DNA from: Anaeromyxobacteraceae bacterium | GTDB lineage: Bacteria > Myxococcota > Myxococcia > Myxococcales > Anaeromyxobacteraceae | DNA length: 64,000 bases | Direction of reading: 5' to 3' | Assembly (NCBI GenBank): GCA_047602405.1 | Contig: JASGHJ010000002.1 | Location: forward strand, 256,001-320,000 | Part shown: in pieces, positions 33,217 through 43,012 of the stretch | How positions within the stretch are numbered: the stretch's first letter is position 1 | Layout of the letters: every line of letters begins with the position of its first letter | Notes under the pieces: generated by a model | The model's database searches: none | What the model saw: the letters and a program-made list of their open reading frames with translations, nothing else | Told to the model about the DNA's origin: nothing | Position numbers and translations under genes: made by a program

Positions 33217-34691
33217 GGGGCGCCCCCTCCGAGCCGCCACAGCTCCCCGGCGTCGAAGCCGCCGTCGGCCCGGGGCAGGAGCCCCTGGGCGGTCGGCCCG
33301 AGCGCCGCGCGCGGCGCCGCCGCGAAGAGCGGGACGAGGTCGAGCGCCCGCGCGAGCGCGACCGCCACCGAGGGCTGGTCCATCGGGATCGCCGCCGCCA
33401 TCGCCGCGAGCGCCCGCCGGGCGCCGTCCGCGCCGCGCACGGCGAAGGCGACCTCGGCCGCCGCGAGGGCGGGATCGGTGGCGAGCACCGGCACCGGCAC
33501 GAGCGCCACCTCGTAGTCGTGCGCGGCGAGCCGCTCCTGGAACCTCGCGCGCGGCGCGACCTCCACCGCGGCCTTCACCTTCAGGTCGAAGAGCCGGACC
33601 TGGAGCCGGTCGGCGGCGGCCCGCGCGTCGGCGGAGCCCTCCGGCACGAGGAGCTTCACCTCGTGCGGCAGCCCGCCCGCCGGCGCGGACGCCGCCTCGA
33701 CCGCGGCGTCGCCGGCCGGGAGGAGCGCGCCCGGCACGAGCGTCGCCATCGGCTCCGCGGAGCCCCGCGGGCGGCGGCGGGCGAGGTCGGCACGATCGAG
33801 CCCGGCCAGCGCGGCCCGGACCGGCGGGGCCGCGGCGCCGAGCCGCGCCGGCTCGACCGCGGCGACGAGCGCGGCGAGGGCCGGGAACGCCGGGCCGGCG
33901 CGCCCGGCGGGCGGCTCGGGGCGGAGCACGACGTCGGCCTCGCCCCGCTCGAGGAGGCGCGCGGCGGCGCGGGCGTCGCGCGCGGCCACGAGCACCAGCG
34001 CGGCCGCGTAGGGCGGGCCGCGCGGGCAGCGCGGGTTCGCGGGGAGGGTGAGGGCGTCGCCCGCGGCCGGCGCGCGCGGCGGCTGGAACGGCCCGAGGCC
34101 GGGGAGGGCGAGCGGCAGCGCGGCGAGCACCCGCGGGAAGCCCGGGAGCGGGCGCTCGAGCGTGACGAGCACCTCGCGCTCCGAGACGATGGAGACCCCG
34201 GCGAGCGCGGGCGCCCGGCCGGCGAGCATGGCCTCGGCGCCGAGGATCGGCAGGACCGCCCACGCGTGGGGCGAGCGGGTCGCCGGCGCGGCGAGCCGCC
34301 CGAGCGCGGCGGCGAGCTCCGCGGCGCCCACGGGCCGGTCGTCGAAGGTGCGCAGGTCGGGGCGGAGCCTGAGGTGGTAGGTGCGCCCGGTCGGGTCCGG
34401 CACCGGCACCTCCTCGAGGAGGCCCGGGGCGAGCCGCCCGCCGGCGTCGAGCTCCAGCAGCGGCGCGCTCGTCGCGCGCGCCGCGGCGACGTCCTGCGGC
34501 TCGACCGCGAGCGCCGGGTCGAGCGTGGACGGCAGCGCGGGGAGCGCGAGCCGGAACGCGCCGCCGTGCGCCGGCCGCACGCCGGCGCGGGCCGGGACGG
34601 CCGCGAGCGCGAGCGCGAGCGCGGCGGCGGCCGCGGGGCCGAGGCGGCGGGGGCCGGCCGCGAGGCCGCCCTGGCGGCGAGGTGCGGTCAC
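33213..34691 (-). CDS. ABC-type substrate-binding protein (family 5-like)
   Basis: Signal peptide, RPAHGG...TLDPALA, YHLRLRPDLRTFD, GLGPF; no permease genes nearby. Confidence 0.75.
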   Translation of the reverse strand: MTAPRRQGGLAAGPRRLGPAAAAALALALAAVPARAGVRPAHGGAFRLALPALPSTLDPALAVEPQDVAAARATSAPLLELDAGGRLAPGLLEEVPVPDPTGRTYHLRLRPDLRTFDDRPVGAAELAAALGRLAAPATRSPHAWAVLPILGAEAMLAGRAPALAGVSIVSEREVLVTLERPLPGFPRVLAALPLALPGLGPFQPPRAPAAGDALTLPANPRCPRGPPYAAALVLVAARDARAAARLLERGEADVVLRPEPPAGRAGPAFPALAALVAAVEPARLGAAAPPVRAALAGLDRADLARRRPRGSAEPMATLVPGALLPAGDAAVEAASAPAGGLPHEVKLLVPEGSADARAAADRLQVRLFDLKVKAAVEVAPRARFQERLAAHDYEVALVPVPVLATDPALAAAEVAFAVRGADGARRALAAMAAAIPMDQPSVAVALARALDLVPLFAAAPRAALGPTAQGLLPRADGGFDAGELWRLGGGAP

Positions 34692-36038
34692 GGCACGCCC
34701 TCCGGCGTGCGGGGGTCGCCGGTGACGATCCAGAGCTGCGTCGCAGGTCCCTCGGGCGTCGAGATCGCGGCGGCCAGCACGGCGTCGTCGACGCCGTCGC
34801 CGGTGAGGTCGCCGCCCGCGCCCGCGAGGAGCGCGCCCTCCACCGCCGGCCCCTCGAGCAGCGGCGCCGCGCCGGCGCGCGCGGGCAGCACGCGCACGCG
34901 GTCGGTCGAGGCGGGGTCCGGCGAAGAGGCCACCACCTCGGGCGTGCCGTCGCCGTCGAGATCGGCGAGGGCGAAGCCGGTGCCGACGCCCTCGAGCGGC
35001 GGGCCCGCCGGCGCGAGATTCGGGGCCGAGGAGGGTGAGCCGGAGGTCGGCAGAGAGCGCGGCGTACGCGATCGGCCCGGAGCGCGGGCTCGCGGCGACC
35101 GCGTACAGGCGGCGCGGCGTGGCGGGCGCCGCGGCGGGGTCGACCGCCCGGACGCGCAGGTCCTCGAGGAGGCCCGTCCCCGCGGCGAAGCGGCCGAAGA
35201 GCGCCCCCGCCTCGCCGGCGCAGAGCGGCGCGAGGGCGAGCGCGCCGGCGGGCACGAGCCTCCGGTCCTCGAGCGCGAGCACCTCCGCGGCGGGGCTGCC
35301 GGCGTGCTGGTACGCGAGGCGGCCGCCGCCGAGGTCGGCGATCGCGACCACCGCGGCGTCGCCGCGGACCGGCCGGCGGGCGCCGGCGGGGACCTCGCGG
35401 CGGGCGAGCGGCGCGCCCGCGGGCGAGAGCAGCAGGACGGCGTCCGGCGTCACCGCCGCGAGCGCGGGGGCGCCCGGCCCGAGGGCCTCGCCGATGGCGA
35501 GCGCGAGCACGCGGCCGGGCACGCGGGCGAGCGGCCGGATCACCGCGAAAGGCGCGCCAGGGGTCCGCACCTCGCGGGCGAGCCAGGCGGTGGCCGGGTC
35601 GGCGGGCACGCGGGCGTCGAGGACGCGCGGCGGCACCGCGTGGGCGCCGGGCCGGTGCTGCAGGAAGAAGGAGGGCCACGCCGGCACGAGCTCGGCGACG
35701 AGGGAGAGCTCGCGGCGCCCGGGCACGAGCCCGGCCTGCACGCGCAGGAGCCAGTCCTGCCCGCCCGCGCGCGCCGCGCCCTCGGGGTCCTCGGCGCCGC
35801 GGAGCGGCGTCACGACGTAGCCGCGCCCCGTGAGCGCCGCCTCGAGCGCCGAGGCGAGCGGGGCCGCGAGGCCCGGGGCGCGGGTGACGACGAGGAGGGC
35901 CACCCCGCGCCGGTCGTCCGGGGGCGGGCCGAGGTCGCCGGCCAGCCTCGCGGCGAGCGCCGGGAGCGCCGGCGGCGGGTCGGCGGGCGCGGCCGGCGCG
36001 GCGAGGAGGAGTGCGGCGAGGGTGAGGAGGCGCTTCAC
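34688..36038 (-). CDS. secreted FG-GAP/VCBS-repeat protein, apparent +1 frameshift at ~35018
   Basis: Signal VKRLLTLAALLLAA; ADLDGDGTPEVV and GDLTGDGVDDAVL motifs in a second frame; removing one base at GAATC restores GPDLA. Confidence 0.75.
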
Positions 36039-38662
36039 CGATCTTCCATGAAGAAGTTCTGGGGCGCCGACTGCCGGCTCGCGGCGGCGGTCTCGGTCGG
36101 CGCGGTGCCGGAGAGGAACGACATGGTGGGCGCGGCGGCGGCGCCGTCCGGGGCGAGCATGCCGCTCGCGGGATCGATCCGGGCGACGTCCACGCCGGGC
36201 GGGGGCGTGAAGGGCGACGGGGGGCGGCCGCCGAGCGTGGCCTGCACGAAGGACATCCAGGCCGGGAGCGCGGCGACGGCGCCCGTCTCGCGCGGCCCGA
36301 GGGGCGCGTGGTCGTCGAAGCCGACCCACACGCCCGCGACGAGCTCCGGCGTGAACCCGACGAACCAGGCGTCACGGTGCTCCTGGGCGGTGCCGGTCTT
36401 GCCCGCGATCGGGCGCGCGAGCGACCTCGCGGCGGCGCCGGTGCCGTACTCCACGACCCCGCGCATCATGTCGGTCACGACGTACGCGACGTCGGGCCGG
36501 GTGCCGACCGCCGGGACCGCGTACTCGGGCGGCGCGGCGGGATCGGCCGGCGGGGCGCCGTCGGGCGGCGCACCGGCCTGCTGCGGCTCGCCCGCGGCGG
36601 GGACCGGGGCGGGCGCCGCCACCGCGGCCGGCACCGGCGCCGACGGCGTCTCCTGCAGGAGCACGTTCCCGTGCCGGTCGCGCACGCGGAGGATCATGAC
36701 CGGCGGCACGTAGCGGCCGCCGTCCTCGAGGCCCGCGTACGCGTTCACGAGCTCGAGGGGCTGCACCTCGCCGGTGCCGAGCGCGAGCGTCAGGTTCTTC
36801 GGGAGCTCGGAGGCGATCCCCATCCGCTGCGCGAAGGCGATGACGGCCTCCACCCCGAGCGCGTCGGTGAGCTTCACCGAGACCGTGTTCTTCGAGTGGG
36901 CGAGCGCGGCGGTGAGCAGCATGGGGCCGTCGAACTGGTCCTTCTCGAAGTTGCGCGGCTTCCACTCCTTGCCGGTCCACGGGTCGCGGTAGACGTCGGG
37001 CGTGTCGTAGACCACGGTCGCCGGCGTGAAGCGGCGCGACTCGATCGCCGCGCCCCACACGAACGGCTTCATGGCCGAGCCGGGCTGGCGCCGCGCCTGG
37101 AGCGCGCGGTTGAACTGGCTCGTGGCGAAGTCGTAGCCGCCGACGAGCGCGCGCACCCCGCGGGTCGCGGGGTCGAGGGAGACGAGCGCGCCCTGCACGA
37201 GCGGGGTCTGCTCGAGGGAGAGCGGCAGCGGCCGCTTCTCGCGGACGAGGCGCTCCGGCGGGGCCTTCGAGGGCATGAGCCGCACCTGGACCACGTCGCC
37301 CACCGCCAGCACCGACGCCATCTTCTTCGGCGCCGCGGTCGCCTGCGAGGGGTTCCACTTGCGGGCCCAGGCGACGTCGGCGAGCGGGACGGCACCGGTC
37401 GCGGCGCCGAGGTCGACGGTGGCGGACTTCTCCTCGACCTCGGTCACGAGGCCGGCGTACACGTCGCCCACCTCGAGCGGCCGGGCGCGCGCCATCCGCG
37501 CCACGTCCTTCGGCGCCTCCTCGCCCGGCTCGATGTCCTCCGGGTTCACCTTCGCGAGGTCCCACACCCAGACCTCGCCGGGGGGCGGCTCGACGCGGGC
37601 GAGCGACGCGCGCCACAGCGGCATCGCCGCCTTCACCCGCGCCTCGTCGAGGTGCACGACCGGCCCCCGCCAGCCCTGCCGGCGGTCGACGGCGCGCAGC
37701 CCGGCGGAGAGCGCGAGCTCGGCGTAGCGCTGCTGGGTCGCGTCCATCGCGACGTCGACCTGGAGCCCCTGCGTCTCGACCACCTCGGCGCCGTACTTCT
37801 CGTCGAGCACCTTCCGGACGGCGTCGGCGTACCAGGCGCCGGGGGGATCGGCCTCGGGCGGGCGGGTGACGATCGGGCGCGCGTTCTCGGCGTCGAGCTG
37901 GGCCTTCGTGATCCAGCCCTCCTCGAACATGCGGCGGAGCACGTAGCGCTGGCGCTCCTTCGCGCGGGCCGGGTGGTTCACCGGGGAGAGCCGCATGGGC
38001 GACTGCACGACGCCGGCCAGCGTGGCCGCCTCGCCGAGCGTGACGTCGCGGACGCTCTTCGCGAAGTAGAAGCGCGCGGCCTCCTCCATGCCGTAGCGCA
38101 GGTGCCCGAGGTAGATCTGGTTCAGGTAGAGGTAGAGGATCTCGTCCTTCGAGAGGTTCTCCTCGAGCCTCGGCGCGAGCACGAACTCCTTCACCTTGCG
38201 CTTCAGGCGCCCGTCGCTCGAGAGCAGGAAGGTCTTCACCACCTGCTGCGTGATGGTCGAGCCGCCGCAGGCGACGCCGCCGCGCAGGAGGCCCTTCAAG
38301 AGGCACCGCCCCATCGCGAGGTAGTTGAGCCCCTCGTGCTGGTAGAACCTCGCGTCCTCCGCGGCGAGCACGGCCTTGCGCAGGTGCTCGGGCAGCTCGT
38401 CGAGCGGCACCACCGTCCGGCGCTCGCGCGCGAACTGGAAGACCTCCTTGCCGTCGGCGCCGTAGACGTGGGTCGACACGCTCGGCGCGTAGTCGGCGAG
38501 CTTGTCGAACGCGGGCAGCTCGCGCGTCGCGAACCACACGACGCCGCCGCCGGCGGCGAGGCCGAGCGCGAGGAGGCCGGCGAGGGCGCCGAGGACGCGC
38601 CGGGCGCGTCCCCGGAGGAGGCGCCGGGCGCGGGTGCGCGGGGTCTTCCGGGTGTCGTTCAC
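36035..38662 (-). CDS. mrcA: penicillin-binding protein 1A (class A PBP)
   Basis: EDARFYQH, GSTITQQ, RKVKE, YLNQIYLG; transpeptidase SAMK, SKN, GKTGT; start may be 38725. Confidence 0.93.
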   Translation of the reverse strand: MNDTRKTPRTRARRLLRGRARRVLGALAGLLALGLAAGGGVVWFATRELPAFDKLADYAPSVSTHVYGADGKEVFQFARERRTVVPLDELPEHLRKAVLAAEDARFYQHEGLNYLAMGRCLLKGLLRGGVACGGSTITQQVVKTFLLSSDGRLKRKVKEFVLAPRLEENLSKDEILYLYLNQIYLGHLRYGMEEAARFYFAKSVRDVTLGEAATLAGVVQSPMRLSPVNHPARAKERQRYVLRRMFEEGWITKAQLDAENARPIVTRPPEADPPGAWYADAVRKVLDEKYGAEVVETQGLQVDVAMDATQQRYAELALSAGLRAVDRRQGWRGPVVHLDEARVKAAMPLWRASLARVEPPPGEVWVWDLAKVNPEDIEPGEEAPKDVARMARARPLEVGDVYAGLVTEVEEKSATVDLGAATGAVPLADVAWARKWNPSQATAAPKKMASVLAVGDVVQVRLMPSKAPPERLVREKRPLPLSLEQTPLVQGALVSLDPATRGVRALVGGYDFATSQFNRALQARRQPGSAMKPFVWGAAIESRRFTPATVVYDTPDVYRDPWTGKEWKPRNFEKDQFDGPMLLTAALAHSKNTVSVKLTDALGVEAVIAFAQRMGIASELPKNLTLALGTGEVQPLELVNAYAGLEDGGRYVPPVMILRVRDRHGNVLLQETPSAPVPAAVAAPAPVPAAGEPQQAGAPPDGAPPADPAAPPEYAVPAVGTRPDVAYVVTDMMRGVVEYGTGAAARSLARPIAGKTGTAQEHRDAWFVGFTPELVAGVWVGFDDHAPLGPRETGAVAALPAWMSFVQATLGGRPPSPFTPPPGVDVARIDPASGMLAPDGAAAAPTMSFLSGTAPTETAAASRQSAPQNFFMEDR

Positions 38663-38877
38663 GGGGAGGGCGGGAACGATAGCGCCGGTCTGGCCGGGCG
38701 GGAAGGCGGGCGTCGGGCGATCCATGGGGGCACCTGCGGGTGGCTACAGCACCGGCCGTGCCACCCGGCGCTCCTGTCGGGAACCCGCGCCGCCACGTGG
38801 AATTCCGCGCCGCCGGCCGCGGCGTGTCCGCCCCGACACGCGCGCCCCCGGCCGGCCGGACACGGTCCGCGGGTCGA

Positions 38878-40249
38878 CTAGCCCTCGTCGCGGCGGATGC
38901 CGAGCGCCCGCATCTTCTTGTACAGGTGGCTGCGCTCGAGCCCGAGCGCGCGGGCGGTGTCCGACACGTTGTCGGCGTGCTCCGCGAGGGCGGCGAGCAC
39001 GATCTCGCGCTCCGCCTCCTCGACGAGGTCGTGGAACGACGCCCCCGCGCGCAGCCGGTCGGCGCGCGGCTTGCGAGCGCCCGGCAGCACGCCCGCCACC
39101 TCGGCGTCGCCGATCTCCCGGTCCGTCGGAGAGGATCGCGAGCCGCTCGACGAGGTTCCTCAGCTCGCGCACGTTGCCCGGCCACCCGTGGCTCTGGAGG
39201 GCGGCGAGCGCCTCGCGGGAGAGCCGCATCGGGCGGCGCCCGTTCTTCTCGCAGGCCTCGGCGAGGAAGCGCTCGGCGAGCGCGGGCACGTCCTCCCGCC
39301 GCTCCCGGACCGGCGGCACGTGGATCGGCACGACCGCGAGCCGGTAGAAGAGGTCCTCGCGGAAGCGGCCCGCGGCCACCTCGGCCTGGAGGTCCTTGTT
39401 GGTCGCCGCGACCACGCGGACGTCGCAGCGCAGGGTCTCGCGCCCGCCCACCCGCTCGAACTCGTTCTCCTGCAGGACGCGGAGCACCTTCGCCTGCATG
39501 GCGGCGGGCATGTCGCCCACCTCGTCCAGGAAGAGCGTGCCCCCGTCCGCCTGCTCGAAGCGCCCCCGGCGGGCCGCGACCGCCCCGGTGAAGGCGCCCC
39601 GCTCGTGGCCGAAGAGCTCGCTCTCGATGAGCTCGGCCGGGACCGCCGCGCAGTTCAGCTTCACGAATGGTGCGGCCTTCCTCCGGGATCCCTCGTGGAT
39701 CGCGCGCGCGACGAGCTCCTTGCCGGTGCCGTTCTCGCCGGTCACGAGGACCCGCCCCTCCGAGGGCGCCGTGCGGCGGATCACGTCGAGCAGCCGCTGC
39801 ATGGCGGGGCCGCCGCCGATCATGTCGGTGGGGGTGGGCCCCTGGACCTCCCTGCGCAGCCGCGCGTTCTCCTCGCGCAGATCGCGCAGCGCCAGCGCGT
39901 TCCGCACCGCGACGAGGAGCTTGTCCTTCTCGGTGATGGGCTTCTCGAGGTAGTCGAACGCGCCGAGCTTGAAGGCGCTGCGGACCGTCTCGAGCGAGCC
40001 GTGCCCGCTCATGATCACGATCGGCAACCCGGGGCGGGTCTCGCGCGCCTTCTCCAGGACGGCCAACCCATCCAGGTCCGGCATCCGCACGTCCATCACG
40101 ACGACGTCCACCGGGAGTGCGGCGATCTTGTCCAGCGCCTCGCGGCCGCCGCTCGCCGTCTCGACCACATGCCCCTCCATGGTGAGCGCGCGAGAGAGCG
40201 TCACGAGGATGTTCTTCTCGTCGTCGACCAGGAGCACCGTGGCGGGCAT
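38878..40249 (-). CDS. sigma-54-dependent response regulator (NtrC/NtrX-like), apparent +1 frameshift at ~39118
   Basis: Receiver domain, GENGTGKE, GAFTGA, WPGNVREL; Fis HTH (TARALGLERSHLYKKM) in a second frame. Confidence 0.92.
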
Positions 40250-40367
40250 GCGGGAATGGTAATGCGAGGGTCCTGTTTCCGGGTCGAAAAGCTTTGACAG
40301 GTGGGCCGTGAAGGAGTGAATTTCGCGGCACCCGCTTTCTCGACATCACTCAACCGGAGGTCTTCCG

Positions 40368-41048
40368 ATGCGCCGCATCTCTCTCCTCGCCGTCGCCGTC
40401 GCCGCACTCGCGGTCACCGGTTGCCCCAAGAAGCCCGAGAAGGGCGAGTGCCAGTCGAGCGCCGACTGCGCCAGCCAGGAAGGGTACGGCAAGGTCTGCG
40501 TCCAGGGCCGCTGCCAGGAGTGCGCCGCCGACGCCGACTGCAAGGCCGGCTTCGTGTGCCGCACCAACAAGTGCGTGCCGAAGCCCCAGTGCGGCGCCGA
40601 CGCCGACTGCGCCGAGGGCCAGATGTGCCAGGGCGAGCGCTGCGTGACGAACCCGGACTACAAGAAGCCCGAGGACAACGCGTCGAAGGTCGGCGCGGTC
40701 CCGCCCGAGTGCGCCGACGCCGGCACGTTCACGATCCGCTTCGGCTTCGACCAGTCGACGATCACGGCGCAGTCGCAGGACGCGCTCCAGAAGCTCGCCG
40801 ACTGCCTCAAGCGCGCCCCCGCGAAGAAGGTCACCGTCGCCGGCCACGCCGACGAGCGCGGCACGACCCAGTACAACGTCGCGCTCGGCAGCCGCCGCGC
40901 CGAGGCCGCCAAGAAGTACCTCTCCGATCTCGGCGTCGGCGCGACGGTCGAGACGGTCTCGTACGGCGAGGAGAAGCCGCTCTGCAAGCAGGCCACCGAG
41001 GACTGCTGGGCCGAGAACCGCCGCGACGAGTTCCAGGTGGAGCGCTGA
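40368..41048 (+). CDS. OmpA/Pal-family lipoprotein with Cys-rich N-terminal repeats
   Basis: GGAGG RBS, lipobox VTGC, three Cys repeats, GHADERGTTQYNVALGSRRA, SYGEEKP, NRRDEF. Confidence 0.9.
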   Translation: MRRISLLAVAVAALAVTGCPKKPEKGECQSSADCASQEGYGKVCVQGRCQECAADADCKAGFVCRTNKCVPKPQCGADADCAEGQMCQGERCVTNPDYKKPEDNASKVGAVPPECADAGTFTIRFGFDQSTITAQSQDALQKLADCLKRAPAKKVTVAGHADERGTTQYNVALGSRRAEAAKKYLSDLGVGATVETVSYGEEKPLCKQATEDCWAENRRDEFQVER

Positions 41049-41983
41049 TGAGGATCCGCGTGCTTCGGCTCCGGCCCCCGGAGCTTCGCTCCGGGGCGCC
41101 CACGCTCGGCATGAGCGGGAGGAGCTGGCACGCGGTCGTAGGGGCAGCGCTGATGGTCGCGCTGCTCCCCGGCTGCTGGGTTCCGCTCGAGCGCGGGCGC
41201 CTCATGGAGGCCCGCCTCGAGAAGCTCGAGACCTCGGCCTCCGAGCAGGAGAAGCAGCTCGAGGAGCAGCGCGCCCTCGTGAAGGACCGCGTCGCGAAGG
41301 CCGACGCGAAGATCGCCGAGGTCCAGGAGAAGCTGGACGAGCTCAACAAGGCCGCCCGCCGCTCCGGCGCGGACCTCGGCGTGCAGCTCCAGAAGGTGCA
41401 GGAGGACCTCACGAAGCTCGGCGGCGAGCTCGAGGTCGAGCAGCACAAGCTCGCCGAGCTCGAGCGGTCGATCGCGGCCGTGAAGGCCGACACCGAGGGC
41501 CGCCTCGCCGCGCTGAAGGGCGCCGGCGCCCTCGACCAGTACGAGGCGCGCCAGAAGCTCCAGTCGCTGCCGAAGCCGGACGACAAGAACGGCCTGCTCG
41601 AGCTCGCGAGGAAGGAGGAGACCTCCGGCGACAAGGGCGTGGCCCGCGAGCTCTACGAGGAGTTCGTGCGCCGCTTCCCCGACGACCCGCGCGCCGCCGA
41701 GGCGGGCGTCAAGGCCGGCGACCTCCTCGCCGGGCAGCGCCGCTGGCGCGAGGCGCTCCTCGCGTACGGGAAGGTGGCGCAGGACTTCCCGAAGGCCGCC
41801 GAGGCGCCGGTCGCGATGGTCGGCGCCGCCGACGCGATGCTGAAGCTCGACATGAAGGACGACGCGAAGGCGCTGCTCCAGCAGGTGATGGACCGCTACC
41901 CGAAGAGCGGCTCCGCCGCGCGCGCCAGGGCCCGCCTCGCCGAGCTCAAGAAGCCCGCCCCCGCCCCCAGGAAGACGAAGTAG
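41048..41983 (+). CDS. CpoB/YbgF-like coiled-coil TPR lipoprotein
   Basis: TGATG overlap with pal-like gene (alternative ATG 41111); LPGC lipobox, coiled coil, TPR ending QQVMDRYPKSGSAARA. Confidence 0.8.
   Translation: MRIRVLRLRPPELRSGAPTLGMSGRSWHAVVGAALMVALLPGCWVPLERGRLMEARLEKLETSASEQEKQLEEQRALVKDRVAKADAKIAEVQEKLDELNKAARRSGADLGVQLQKVQEDLTKLGGELEVEQHKLAELERSIAAVKADTEGRLAALKGAGALDQYEARQKLQSLPKPDDKNGLLELARKEETSGDKGVARELYEEFVRRFPDDPRAAEAGVKAGDLLAGQRRWREALLAYGKVAQDFPKAAEAPVAMVGAADAMLKLDMKDDAKALLQQVMDRYPKSGSAARARARLAELKKPAPAPRKTK
41063..41118 (+). repeat. variant family-2 palindrome carrying a family-1-like hairpin, inside a CDS 5' end
   Basis: CTTCGGCTCCGG-CCCCCGGAGCTTCGCTCCGGGG-CGCCCACGCTCGGCATGAGCGG. 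Confidence 0.75.
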
Positions 41984-42298
41984 GCGCGCCGCGCTGGCCC
42001 GCAGCCCGGACCGCCGGCTTGCCGCCGCCGTCCGGTGTGGCGATATCGCACCCGGTGCGGCGCGAGGCGCCCCTGGCTGGCCCTGAAGGACCAGCGGGTG
42101 TGTCGTCCGACACCCAGGTGTGTCCCCATGGCACTTCCCGGTTTTCTTGATCGGGGCACAAGTGAGCTACACTTCAGAGGTAGCCCCGGGCGTGCAGCCC
42201 GGCACGCGCCTCGCAGTGTGGAAGCGTGTGGAGGACGAGCCCCTTGTGGGAGCCTGGAAGCAAACAGGGGTCCGCAGGTTACGGTGGGTGAGGTGGCC

Positions 42299-42856
42299 AT
42301 GTCGCGCGTTCGCATCGGAGAGATGCTCGTCCAGCAGGGCCGGATCGACGGCTCTCAGCTGGAGTCTGCGCTCGCCCACCAGCGGAAGTGGGGCGGACGG
42401 CTCGGCCGCGCCATCATCCACCTCGGCTTCATGCGCGAGGACGCGCTGCTCCAGGCCGTGGGCCAGCAGCTCGGCGTCCCGTTCGTCGAGATCGGCGACC
42501 GCTTCGTGCCCCGCCACGTGCTGAACCTCGTCCCCGAGAAGCTCATCCGCGGCCGCCGCGTGCTGCCGCTCGCGCGCCTCTCGGAGACGAAGCGCGGTCC
42601 GCTCGTCGTCGCGCTCGCCGACCCGGCCAACCTCGTCGCGCTCGACGAGATCGCCTTCGCGACCGGGATGCAGGTGAAGCCGGTGCTGGCGAGCGAGTTC
42701 GACCTCGACGCCGCCATCTCGCGCCTCCTCGACGGCGCGCTCTCCGTCCCGCGGAACGGCTTCGCCGACCGCACCGACGCCATCGACCTGCCGGAGGACA
42801 CGAGCCCGCTCACCGTGCTCCGGCGGGACGAGGGCACGAAGCACACGTTCCATTAG
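42299..42856 (+). CDS. MshEN/GSPII_N domain protein (putative c-di-GMP receptor, no ATPase domain)
   Basis: RIGEMLVQQGRI...LESALAHQ and RLGRAIIHLGFM...LLQAVGQQ tandem MshEN motifs; LVVALADP. Confidence 0.85.
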   Translation: MSRVRIGEMLVQQGRIDGSQLESALAHQRKWGGRLGRAIIHLGFMREDALLQAVGQQLGVPFVEIGDRFVPRHVLNLVPEKLIRGRRVLPLARLSETKRGPLVVALADPANLVALDEIAFATGMQVKPVLASEFDLDAAISRLLDGALSVPRNGFADRTDAIDLPEDTSPLTVLRRDEGTKHTFH

Positions 42857-42868
42857 TTTCCGGGGGGC

Positions 42869-42913
42869 CGTCCCTCGACTCCGGCCCGCTTCGCGGGCCT
42901 ACGCTCGGGATGA
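42869..42913 (+). repeat. REP-like family 2, copy 2
   Basis: Identical to 11386-11430. Confidence 0.92.
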
Positions 42914-43012
42914 GCGAGCCCCCCACCCCTGGATCGGCTCCGCCGGACCGCAGCCTCCGGCTGCGGTGACGGCTTCGCCGGGAAGCGTCGCTGGCCGCGC
43001 CGCCCTCTCCGC

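Noticed and set aside
42100..42298. Known c-di-GMP-I (GEMM) riboswitch or sigma54 promoter at TGGCAC 42129
   Set aside because: GEMM consensus elements not found; TGGCAC lacks the -12 TTGC at the required spacing.
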